Origin: a virus
Direction: 5' to 3' (one strand)
IMG/VR virus record: IMGVR_UViG_3300046490_000164
Span: 6,170-70,169 of that record
Length of the DNA stretch: 64,000 nucleotides
A program made the translations under genes and the position numbers. How positions within the stretch are numbered: position 1 is the first letter of the stretch; every line of letters starts with the position of its first letter. The notes below the pieces were generated by a model. It was given only the letters and a program-made list of their open reading frames with translations. It was not told the origin of the DNA and made no database searches. Of the stretch, positions 57,658 to 64,000 are shown in pieces.

Positions 57658-58129
57658 TTTCGTCCTCCTCGAGCAGAGACTTCATGATGCGGTGCCACCT
57701 GCCATACCATCCCGATCTGCCCTTGTCCGCACCCAAATCGTCGAGCTCTTCCTTGGTGGGGCAACTGGAGCAGAAGGGGAACGGTCTCTGGGAGCACAGC
57801 GCCCTTTCGACCGGAACGTAAGATACAGGTGGCGAACCATTCATCCTGTCAGCTTCACTCCCCCAGCGGGGACACGACAGGATTTCGTATGGGTCAGCGG
57901 GTACCGACTTGAAGATGAGCGTGAAGGTTTGGTGCGGACAGTAGGCGCAGCCTGCGAACGGGTGGTGAAGACATGCCGCTCGGTGCTGCGTCTGCATGAT
58001 ACTGGGGTCCGTCGGGTCCGGCCTGCATACGACGTTGGTGCCTGCTCCGAGGACCCCAGTCCTCACCTGCCGCTCCCTTGCTTCCAACTCACTCTCCTCA
58101 GTCAGCGTCTCAGGAGAGATGTGGTTCAC
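57650..58129 (-). CDS. Cys-rich putative zinc-binding protein (159 aa)
   Basis: Eight or more Cys, including CAYC and CSSC (C-x2-C pairs), with an acidic tail EEDESE. Confidence 0.5.
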   Translation of the reverse strand: MNHISPETLTEESELEARERQVRTGVLGAGTNVVCRPDPTDPSIMQTQHRAACLHHPFAGCAYCPHQTFTLIFKSVPADPYEILSCPRWGSEADRMNGSPPVSYVPVERALCSQRPFPFCSSCPTKEELDDLGADKGRSGWYGRWHRIMKSLLEEDESE

Positions 58130-58144
58130 ACGATTCAGTCCTCC

Positions 58145-58606
58145 TCACAGGAGAATGCCCTGCTGCACGGGAGGGACACCGAAGTCCTCTTCCCGAACCT
58201 GTTGGATGTACATCTCGATGCGTGGGTCGGTGGGGTCCATGTGCTTCTCCTGGGTCCCCACCAGGAAGTGCGAGTCGTCGACCCCGACGAAGTCCCGTAT
58301 GCAGTCCGTCAAGAGCTTAATGCGGTTGTCCAGGTCGAAACGCTTATACCGCTCTTTCGCGCGTTTTGATGCCTTCACCGCGGGGTTGTTCCACGTCTCG
58401 TTGATGATGGTCGGGAAGAAGAAGCGGAGGTGCAGAGCGTAGACCCTATCCGGCTCGAAGATGCCGGGCTGGAGCATATGGCCGTAGTTCTGCATCATGA
58501 ACTTCGAGAAGTCCTCCGCGTACTTCCTGGCCACCGTCGTGAGCGAATTCCTGAAGTACAGCCTGTTGGAACTCGGGGGGAAGCCCCGGTAGGTGAAGAG
58601 GATCAT
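58145..58606 (-). CDS. rusA: RusA-family Holliday-junction resolvase
   Basis: N-terminal YRGFPPSSNRLY matches RusA LPWPPSNNRYY. The catalytic block RFDLDNRIKLLTDCIRD matches RusA RRDLDNLQKAAFDALT (Asp-x-Asp-Asn...Lys...Asp). Confidence 0.75.
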   Translation of the reverse strand: MILFTYRGFPPSSNRLYFRNSLTTVARKYAEDFSKFMMQNYGHMLQPGIFEPDRVYALHLRFFFPTIINETWNNPAVKASKRAKERYKRFDLDNRIKLLTDCIRDFVGVDDSHFLVGTQEKHMDPTDPRIEMYIQQVREEDFGVPPVQQGILL

Positions 58607-59013
58607 TCGGTCAGGTCCTCGTCCCCGAGCAGAGGCCGTCCTCCCAGGTTCTGCTCACCGGCTCCGAGGAGCTTCAGGTTGGGCATGTCGTAGGGCTTGT
58701 ACTCGATGACCTTCTTCTCGAACGTCTCGCTCGACACCCTCCGGGTCTTGCCGAGCATCTCCGAGAACATCTTGCTGGCCTGAATCGCCTCCTTGGAGAG
58801 GAGGCTCTTCGGGAGGCTGTAGCCGTACCGTACCCAGGACTCGCCCCTGTCCCTGCCGTGGCTGCACGGTCCGCGGGTGTAGAGGCTGCCTCCATACTGG
58901 GCGATGACCTTCTCGATGCCCTGACGGATGACGTCCTGGTCGGTGGTGCCCCTGTAGATGGTCTCGAGGATCCTGCTGATCTCTTCCCGCTTCCTCGCCT
59001 TGCGGGCTTCCAT
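58603..59013 (-). CDS. hypothetical protein (about 137 aa)
   Basis: C-terminal part of track ORF 58603..59877. The upstream part of that frame is the Arg-rich antisense of thyX, so it was trimmed to the first ATG (MEARKARKREEISRILETIYRG...) just downstream of thyX. Confidence 0.45.
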   Translation of the reverse strand: MEARKARKREEISRILETIYRGTTDQDVIRQGIEKVIAQYGGSLYTRGPCSHGRDRGESWVRYGYSLPKSLLSKEAIQASKMFSEMLGKTRRVSSETFEKKVIEYKPYDMPNLKLLGAGEQNLGGRPLLGDEDLTE

Positions 59014-59033
59014 CTTGTCCAGGAGCCAGGTGA

Positions 59034-59852
59034 TCACTTGGGGCTCTCCGGTTGGATGTCCTCGTCGGTGAGCACCCGGAGGTTGGCCGTATTCTTGAGA
59101 GCCTCCTTGTAGACGGCGAAGAGGTCCTCCTTGTGCGGCCGCGCCTTGGAGAGAGGGCAGGCCATGTAGGCCTTCTTGTCCTCGTCGCAGTAGCCGAGAC
59201 GGTGCTCCCCGCACTTCGGCTGCATGTTGGCTGCCAGCTCGGGGACAGCCTTGCGAACCGCGGCGCGCATGAGGCCGACCATGTACCGGATCTCCCACTG
59301 CGCCCGGTGGCAGAGCCGGAGGTCGCAGATGTGGAGGAGCTCGGCGTAGTTCACCATGATCTGGAAGTTCGTCGGCATCGCGTTGGGGAAGACGAAGCGG
59401 GCGTCCTCTGCCGGGATGCCGTTGTCGAGCAGGAGCTGGTAGGTCTTCCCTGCGGTCTCCATCGCCTGCTGGTAGGCCATCTGCACCTCCAGGCTGGCCT
59501 TCTCGATGAGCGGCGGTGTGAGGAACTCGAACTTCCCTGGCTTGTACTTCACGTAGCGCTGTGACTGCTGCTCGAAGCTGATGCCGATGCGGTGGCGCAC
59601 CAGCTGGTGCGAGAGGGCGCGCGACACGCCGCTGATGCCGAACCAGAAGACCACCTGCTCGAGCGGGGAAACGTGGCCGGTCTTGAGCCGCTCGGTCACG
59701 AAGTTGGTGACGCTCTCCCCGGTGACCTCCTGGTTGTTCAGCTCGTCCCACACCTCTCGAGGCGTCTTGGCGGTGTAGCAGGTGCGGTACGCCCCATACA
59801 GCTTCATCAGCGGGTCGCGGGCGTGGTCGATGAGTACGACGTCGATTGCCAT
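59034..59852 (-). CDS. thyX: flavin-dependent thymidylate synthase ThyX
   Basis: ThyX signature RHR-x7-S-x-RY is present: LVRHRIGISFEQQSQRY. Length of 272 aa is typical. Confidence 0.8.
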   Translation of the reverse strand: MAIDVVLIDHARDPLMKLYGAYRTCYTAKTPREVWDELNNQEVTGESVTNFVTERLKTGHVSPLEQVVFWFGISGVSRALSHQLVRHRIGISFEQQSQRYVKYKPGKFEFLTPPLIEKASLEVQMAYQQAMETAGKTYQLLLDNGIPAEDARFVFPNAMPTNFQIMVNYAELLHICDLRLCHRAQWEIRYMVGLMRAAVRKAVPELAANMQPKCGEHRLGYCDEDKKAYMACPLSKARPHKEDLFAVYKEALKNTANLRVLTDEDIQPESPK

Positions 59853-59974
59853 GAGTGGCTCTTTCGAATGTTGTCAACCGCCCAGAGCGGTTGGAGGTTG
59901 GTGTAGTGACATGCCTCGAGAAACTGCTTGCGATCGGTGAGATCGAAGAGGGCCGGTGGCTTCTTCCTCGCCAT
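59807..59974 (-). CDS. possible small ORF (about 55 aa) overlapping the thyX 5' end
   Basis: MARKKPPALFDLTDRKQFLEACHYTNLQPLWAVDNIRKSHS..., preceded by GGAGG, with a TGATG overlap to the upstream gene's stop. The 45-nt overlap with thyX makes it doubtful. Confidence 0.25.
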   Translation of the reverse strand: MARKKPPALFDLTDRKQFLEACHYTNLQPLWAVDNIRKSHSWQSTSYSSTTPATR

Positions 59975-60195
59975 CACTTCCTCCTCGTCAGCATCCCGAG
60001 GGTGTCAGCCGCGGCACGCACCGGGTTACCGTCGGTAGGGTAGTTGTCGTTCACGAACTTCAGGGCATCCTCTTGCGTCATCGAGGTGATGCGAGTCAGG
60101 TTCTGGAGGACGGCGATGTGCCTGGTCTTGTCGTCGTACCTGTAGACCGTCAACATCTTGCCGTCGTCGGACAAGGTCCAGGCGATGCGGTCCAT
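59974..60195 (-). CDS. small hypothetical protein (about 73 aa)
   Basis: C-terminal ATG-initiated part (MDRIAWTLSDDGKMLTVYRYDD...) of track ORF 59974..60627. The rest of that frame overlaps the better-supported 60204..60662 gene. Confidence 0.4.
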   Translation of the reverse strand: MDRIAWTLSDDGKMLTVYRYDDKTRHIAVLQNLTRITSMTQEDALKFVNDNYPTDGNPVRAAADTLGMLTRRK

Positions 60196-60203
60196 GTCGT
60201 CTC

Positions 60204-60662
60204 CTACAGCTTGTCCTGCTTCGTGTCGTCGAGGGAGAGCTCGAAGAGGGCAACCACGCCCCACAGAGCGTGGGCCAGGTGCGCCTTGCCGCTCTCCTTG
60301 TCGAGCCACTCCCCCTGCCGCCACGCAATGAGGTGCCGCATGGTGGCGTTGAAGTAGCGGTCGATGGGCGTCTCCCCGGTCTCCGGATCGGTGGGGACGT
60401 CCCTCCACGAGTTGGCCGCGTACTTCCTGGCTCCGTACTCGTAGATGCCGGCCAGCGCGGTGACGGCGCGCCAGGGGATGAGATGGAATCCCCCTGGCTT
60501 GCCTCCCGACGCCTTGCGGGCTTTCGCGTCCGAGCACTCGCACGCCTTGTGGGTGTCCGCCTCGGTGTTGAACTCGATGAACCCGCACGTCTTGCCGATG
60601 TGCTTGTCGTGGCCACAGCTTGGGCAACGACTCAGGTCCAGCCCCGTCGGTGTGATGTCCAT
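60204..60662 (-). CDS. dATP/dGTP pyrophosphohydrolase-like (MazZ-like phage nucleotide pyrophosphatase) domain protein with an N-terminal Zn-ribbon
   Basis: FHLIPWRAVTALAGIYEYGARKYAANSWRDV fits the phage family signature (K/R)xxLDLIPPEALxxLARVxxFGAxKYGxxNW. The N-terminal Cys cluster is CPSCGH...C...CEC. This frame was chosen among three overlapping track ORFs. Confidence 0.55.
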   Translation of the reverse strand: MDITPTGLDLSRCPSCGHDKHIGKTCGFIEFNTEADTHKACECSDAKARKASGGKPGGFHLIPWRAVTALAGIYEYGARKYAANSWRDVPTDPETGETPIDRYFNATMRHLIAWRQGEWLDKESGKAHLAHALWGVVALFELSLDDTKQDKL

Positions 60663-60668
60663 ATCACC

Positions 60669-61268
60669 TCATCCGCGCCGGACGAACGAGCGCCCGGTCT
60701 GCATTGGGATCCCTGCCACGTTGGTCTCTCTTCCGATGCGCTGCACTTCCTGGCCGCGCTGGGTGATACGGCGAGAGACGGTCTCCCAGTCTCTCTGGGC
60801 CTTGTCCCTCATCGTGCGCGTGAGGATATAGAGGCTCGAGGCGTAGAGGTCGCTCGACTTCGCCTCCACCACTCGAGGATCCGTCTCGACCCGGTCGTTC
60901 TTGTCCTGGGAGGTGAGCTTCTTCCCGTCCTCGTCTGCCTTCAGGGCGATACGGACCCTGGCCTTGGTGAAATCGAGGTGGGCCTTGGCCGCATCCTGCT
61001 GGATGCTGGCCTTCGCCAACTCGCTCTCGATGAAGGCGCACCAGGCGGAGAGGTTGTTGAGGATGTCCCCCAGCTCCTCGTCGTCCAGTGACGTGATGGT
61101 GGAGGGCATCTCCCCCCGGTAGCCGCTTCTCGGCGCCCCAGCGAGCGTGAGTCCTTGCGACTGGATGTACTTCATTGCATCAGCGGGCGGCCCCATGAGT
61201 CTGGTCTTGCCGGTGTCGAGATCCTCCGGCGGCCGCAAGTCGAGACGTCCAAGCACTCCTCCTGCCAT
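60669..61268 (-). CDS. hypothetical protein (about 200 aa); predicted helical/coiled-coil; recombination-mediator candidate
   Basis: Track ORF trimmed to the ATG at 61268, which abuts the upstream stop at 61271. No motif recognised. Confidence 0.45.
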   Translation of the reverse strand: MAGGVLGRLDLRPPEDLDTGKTRLMGPPADAMKYIQSQGLTLAGAPRSGYRGEMPSTITSLDDEELGDILNNLSAWCAFIESELAKASIQQDAAKAHLDFTKARVRIALKADEDGKKLTSQDKNDRVETDPRVVEAKSSDLYASSLYILTRTMRDKAQRDWETVSRRITQRGQEVQRIGRETNVAGIPMQTGRSFVRRG

Positions 61269-61270
61269 GA

Positions 61271-62143
61271 CTACCTCCGCGCCGTGAGCGACTTCTGAGT
61301 TCCTCTGTAGGCCGGGCACCCGTAGGCATACGGGCACTGCTGACAGTGGTACCCAGTCGTCGCCTGTGGCTCTTGCTCGCTCTCGTAGTACCCGAGGAGG
61401 AGGCGAGCTTTCTCCTCCAAGGGCTGCCACATGCCCGGGTCGTACTGAACCGGGTAGTCGGACATGTTGGAGTCGTTCTTGTTCACGTAGAGGTAGACGA
61501 CGACCGGGCGGTCGAGCAGACGGCCGTAGATGGTGGCCTGGCGGAGGTGCTCAGGCTTCGGCTTCGTCAGCTTCTGGAAGTTCTCCTGCTTGATCGTCTT
61601 GTACTCGTGGATGATGCCCAGCTCGTAGATGGGGGAGTTGGGGATGTCGTCGATGATGAGGATGTTCTCCGCATCAGCACTCCCCACGACGAAGAGCTCT
61701 CCGGCCAACATCGAGGTGGTGCTGTTGATCCTGGACTCCGGGGTATACATCGCGCCCCAGGCACCCTTCATCCCGTAGGTCTGGAGCATGTGGTGCACCG
61801 CGTGGCCAATGTCGAAGGTGAAGAGCGTCCTCGACTCGTGCTTCTCCTGGCCTTCCCGTCCCTCCATCTCCCAGTAGACCTTCAGGAGGCAAGCGTGGGG
61901 GAGCTGGGACGGGTGGATGCCTGGGTACCGCGGCTCGGAAAGGACGTGCCCACGCCCCTCGCACTTCGAGCACGGCACCCACTTCGCCTGGTCCGTCGGG
62001 GCCGGCTTGGTCTGCTCGTACTCCCTACGCCACTTCAGCAGCCTGTCCTTCAGCTTGATGTGCTGGAGGATGACGCTCCTCACCTCCGGCGGCTGGGCGA
62101 GCCACTGGGAGATGTGGTGCAGGATGACGGTAGGTCGACTCAT
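61271..62143 (-). CDS. Cas4/RecB-like PD-(D/E)xK nuclease with a four-Cys (Fe-S type) cluster
   Basis: Core motifs ...ILIIDDIPN... and ...ELGIIHEYKT (E-x-K). The Cys arrangement is one N-terminal CSKC pair plus C-terminal C-x2-C-x5-C (CQQCPYAYGC), as in Cas4/AddB nuclease domains. Confidence 0.55.
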   Translation of the reverse strand: MSRPTVILHHISQWLAQPPEVRSVILQHIKLKDRLLKWRREYEQTKPAPTDQAKWVPCSKCEGRGHVLSEPRYPGIHPSQLPHACLLKVYWEMEGREGQEKHESRTLFTFDIGHAVHHMLQTYGMKGAWGAMYTPESRINSTTSMLAGELFVVGSADAENILIIDDIPNSPIYELGIIHEYKTIKQENFQKLTKPKPEHLRQATIYGRLLDRPVVVYLYVNKNDSNMSDYPVQYDPGMWQPLEEKARLLLGYYESEQEPQATTGYHCQQCPYAYGCPAYRGTQKSLTARR

Positions 62144-62289
62144 GCCGAAGCTCCCATTGGTGCGGTTCGTACCTCGAGCACGACCCCATACCGGAGACCC
62201 GCGCAGCGCCCCAGTGCGTGGCCGTAGACTATGAAGTCACCGGGCTCCAGCTCCCGCCCGGACTTGTCTCGCATGATCGGGGCGGTCAT
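62140..62289 (-). CDS. small hypothetical protein (about 49 aa)
   Basis: Track ORF trimmed to the ATG at 62289, which forms an ATGA overlap with the upstream stop. Confidence 0.3.
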   Translation of the reverse strand: MTAPIMRDKSGRELEPGDFIVYGHALGRCAGLRYGVVLEVRTAPMGASA

Positions 62290-62636
62290 TTGTTCATCTC
62301 CCGCATGGCAGCGAGGTAGTACTCGAACTGGTGCCACTCGATGACGGCCAGCTTCGTGTTGAACCCTGCCTGCCCCTGGAACTCGATCTGCATGACAGGG
62401 GTCTCTCCGAACTGCGATGCCTCGTTGCGGATCTTGTTCCAGGTGTCGATGCTCAGGGTGTAGCTCCGGCGAGAGGTGGTCTTGGCCTCCGCACGAATCT
62501 CCCCCTGCACCCTGACATCGCCCTTGTGTGAGGGCGAGTCGGTCGCTCCGGATGCCTTGGTGACGTTCCCACCGAGGCTGCGAGCCAGCCGGCCTTCCTG
62601 CCGCCGGCTGACCCGCTGATTGAAGCTCCTCGGCAC
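62286..62636 (-). CDS. Hjc/Mrr-like PD-(D/E)xK nuclease (archaeal-type Holliday-junction-resolvase-like)
   Basis: RRQEGRLARSLGGNVTKASGA...KGDVRV...IRAEAKTT parallels Hjc ERELVRLLEKKGFAVVRSAGSKG..PDLVAG...YLAIEVKST (Ser-Ala-Gly-Ser, Asp, Glu-x-Lys). Confidence 0.45.
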   Translation of the reverse strand: MPRSFNQRVSRRQEGRLARSLGGNVTKASGATDSPSHKGDVRVQGEIRAEAKTTSRRSYTLSIDTWNKIRNEASQFGETPVMQIEFQGQAGFNTKLAVIEWHQFEYYLAAMREMNK

Positions 62637-62638
62637 GG

Positions 62639-62863
62639 CTAGATGTCCTGGGACTTCAGCGTGCCGCGTCCGTTGTCGGAGCAGCGCGCCTCGGCCTTGT
62701 GGATGAGGTTGACGATCTCGGAGTTGAGCGCGTCGAAGAACTCCGCGGAGATCTTGAAACCACTGCTCTTGGCGATGATCTCCCGGACCCTGGCCTCGAT
62801 GACGGCCTTGGTCTGCTCCGTCTTCCCCGGCTTGCTCTCGACCGCTGCGGTGACGTCGGACAT
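62639..62863 (-). CDS. histone-fold protein (74 aa; archaeal/bacterial histone-like)
   Basis: AVIEARVREIIAKSSGFKISAEFFDALNSEIVNLIHKAEARCSDNGRGTLKSQDI aligns with archaeal HMfB [56 protein letters not shown]. Trimmed from track ORF 62639..63232 to the ATG just after the RecA-like stop. Confidence 0.55.
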   Translation of the reverse strand: MSDVTAAVESKPGKTEQTKAVIEARVREIIAKSSGFKISAEFFDALNSEIVNLIHKAEARCSDNGRGTLKSQDI

Positions 62864-62865
62864 GG

Positions 62866-64000
62866 TTATCGCTTCCATTCGTAGGTGAGCTTGATGTCCC
62901 GAGCCTTGTAGGCCATGGCGCGAATGCGCCGCATCAAGGTGTTGTGGTCTCCGACAGCGAGCCGGGCTTGCTCGTCGTCGTACAGCTCTTGCACGAAGGC
63001 ATCCATGCCGCAGGCCTTCAACAGCGGGTTCTTCGGGTCTTCCGGATTGTGGAGGGTGTACCAGGCGCCGGCCTGCTCCACGAGCTGGTGGCGCGCAGCG
63101 AAGAGGGCAGCGTCGGTGTAGATGTCGACGTTGTCTCTTGCCCAGACCGGGCTGCGATCGTCGTTGAAGTAGTACAGCCAGGACCCACGACCCCCTTCGT
63201 GGATGCCGGCCTTCCCCTTCTTGATCTCCCAATTCACTTCCTTGCCGTAGATCTCTCGACGCTGACGCTGGCCTCCCTTCACAGGGTCACGCTGCATCGT
63301 GTCCTCGTGGATGGTCTGGCCAGGAGAGAGGTAGATGTCGAGGAACTTGGCGTGCTCCAGCGCGTGCCCGCCGGTCTGCTTGTAGGGTGCATCCGGGTTC
63401 TTCTGGTCGTCGCGGATCTGGTTCACGACGATGACACAGGGGTCTCGGACGGTGCCGTCCGGGGCATCGGACATCAGCATGGGCGAGATCTTGTGAATGA
63501 ACTGGGTGTTCACCACCGAGGACCCGCCGCGGGTCTTGTCGTGCAGCGATTCGTTGCTGGCCTCCTGCTCGCTCATCACGTTGCCGACGCTGTCGATGGC
63601 GATGATGTGGTAGGCGTTGTGGTAGACGCCGTCGAGAACAGCCTGGTAGAGGTCCTCACCGGAGTAGGCCACGACCTCGTGGAAGGTCCCGACCTGCCGA
63701 CGCATGTCGTCGATCCGCTCCTTCGGGAGGTGCGTACCGTCCTGCTTGAATTGGGCCCGGTCGAACTCCTCGATCATCGTCTCCGAGTAGGCGAGGATGA
63801 GACCGGCTCGTCTGGCCTGCGAGACGTCCACGTGCATCTCGTTCATGGCGAACATGGCCGAGAGTCGGTCGCCCAGGATGGCCTGGAGCATCGCCATCGC
63901 ACGCAGGTAGAGCCAGGTCTTCCCGCAGTTGCGTCTTCCGATGAGCTGCGTGATGCCGGCGCAGGGGAAGCCGCCACCGAGCTCCACGTCGAGCGAGACG
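62866..64000 (-). CDS. RecA/UvsX-like recombinase, 5'-truncated by the window edge
   Basis: LGGGFPCAGITQLIGRRNCGKTWL parallels RecA [24 protein letters not shown] (Walker A). HIIAIDSVGNVMSEQE parallels RecA LIVVDSVAALTPKAEIEG. KQTGGHALEHAKFLDIYL parallels RecA TTGGNALKFYASVRLDIRR. The frame stays open to nt 64000. Confidence 0.7.
   Translation of the reverse strand, partial: VSLDVELGGGFPCAGITQLIGRRNCGKTWLYLRAMAMLQAILGDRLSAMFAMNEMHVDVSQARRAGLILAYSETMIEEFDRAQFKQDGTHLPKERIDDMRRQVGTFHEVVAYSGEDLYQAVLDGVYHNAYHIIAIDSVGNVMSEQEASNESLHDKTRGGSSVVNTQFIHKISPMLMSDAPDGTVRDPCVIVVNQIRDDQKNPDAPYKQTGGHALEHAKFLDIYLSPGQTIHEDTMQRDPVKGGQRQRREIYGKEVNWEIKKGKAGIHEGGRGSWLYYFNDDRSPVWARDNVDIYTDAALFAARHQLVEQAGAWYTLHNPEDPKNPLLKACGMDAFVQELYDDEQARLAVGDHNTLMRRIRAMAYKARDIKLTYEWKR

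Noticed and set aside
56332-57687. 451-aa + strand ORF (Arg/Gly-rich) spanning several leftward genes
   Set aside because: It is the antisense of the PQ-rich gene and the small Cys-protein genes. Its composition (RRRGHRRRHG...) is characteristic of a GC-artefact ORF.
58603-59877. 424-aa minus-strand ORF in the track
   Set aside because: Its upstream two-thirds is an Arg-rich out-of-frame read-through of the thyX region. Only the C-terminal ATG-initiated part (58603..59013) was kept, and thyX (59034..59852) was called in its own frame.
59974-60627. Overlapping 217-aa and 196-aa minus-strand ORFs competing with 60204..60662
   Set aside because: The 60204..60662 frame contains a recognisable pyrophosphohydrolase motif and a Zn-ribbon. 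The other frames are Arg/Pro-rich; only the ATG-initiated tail (59974..60195) of the 217-aa ORF was kept as a separate small gene.
1-64000. CRISPR array, integrase/attachment site, transposase or IS element
   Set aside because: No regularly spaced short direct repeats, no tyrosine or serine recombinase motifs, and no terminal inverted repeats were seen. The window appears to be internal to the phage genome.

Overview
This window reads as one contiguous, gene-dense block of a high-GC (~63-65%) bacteriophage or prophage genome. I saw no rRNA, tRNA, CRISPR array or transposase. Shine-Dalgarno-like GGAGG/AGGAG motifs precede many starts, so the host is bacterial; the host genus cannot be inferred from sequence alone.

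Coordinates 1-55142 form an almost uninterrupted rightward (+) operon-like block with many ATGA/TGATG start-stop overlaps. It contains seven proteins of more than 900 aa: 1062, 1467, 3077, 1531, 1474, 1375 and 1127 aa (a further 906-aa protein lies at 43830..46550). Two adjacent giant receptor-binding or depolymerase-type fibres are built from shuffled modules: a shared N-terminal anchor, right-handed beta-helix (pectate-lyase-like) modules present four times, a duplicated glycoside-hydrolase-like domain, and Ig-like domains. The block also holds a sigma-70 family sigma factor, a polytopic membrane protein followed by a papain-family (C1A) cysteine peptidase that may be a lysis cassette, and one oppositely oriented Zn-ribbon gene at 43461..43760.

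At 55150..55177 a GC-rich bidirectional hairpin marks the convergence with a leftward (-) block, 55199-64000, of DNA-metabolism genes. In transcription order these are a RecA-like recombinase (5'-truncated by the window edge), a histone-fold protein, an Hjc-like PD-(D/E)xK nuclease, a Cas4-like Fe-S nuclease, a dATP/dGTP-pyrophosphohydrolase-like protein, ThyX, RusA, three small Cys-rich proteins, a PQ-rich disordered protein, and a lysine/alanine-rich histone-H1-like protein.

No terminase, portal or major capsid protein could be recognised by eye. Start coordinates are approximate because the ORF track uses ATG, GTG and TTG as starts and reports the longest ORF.
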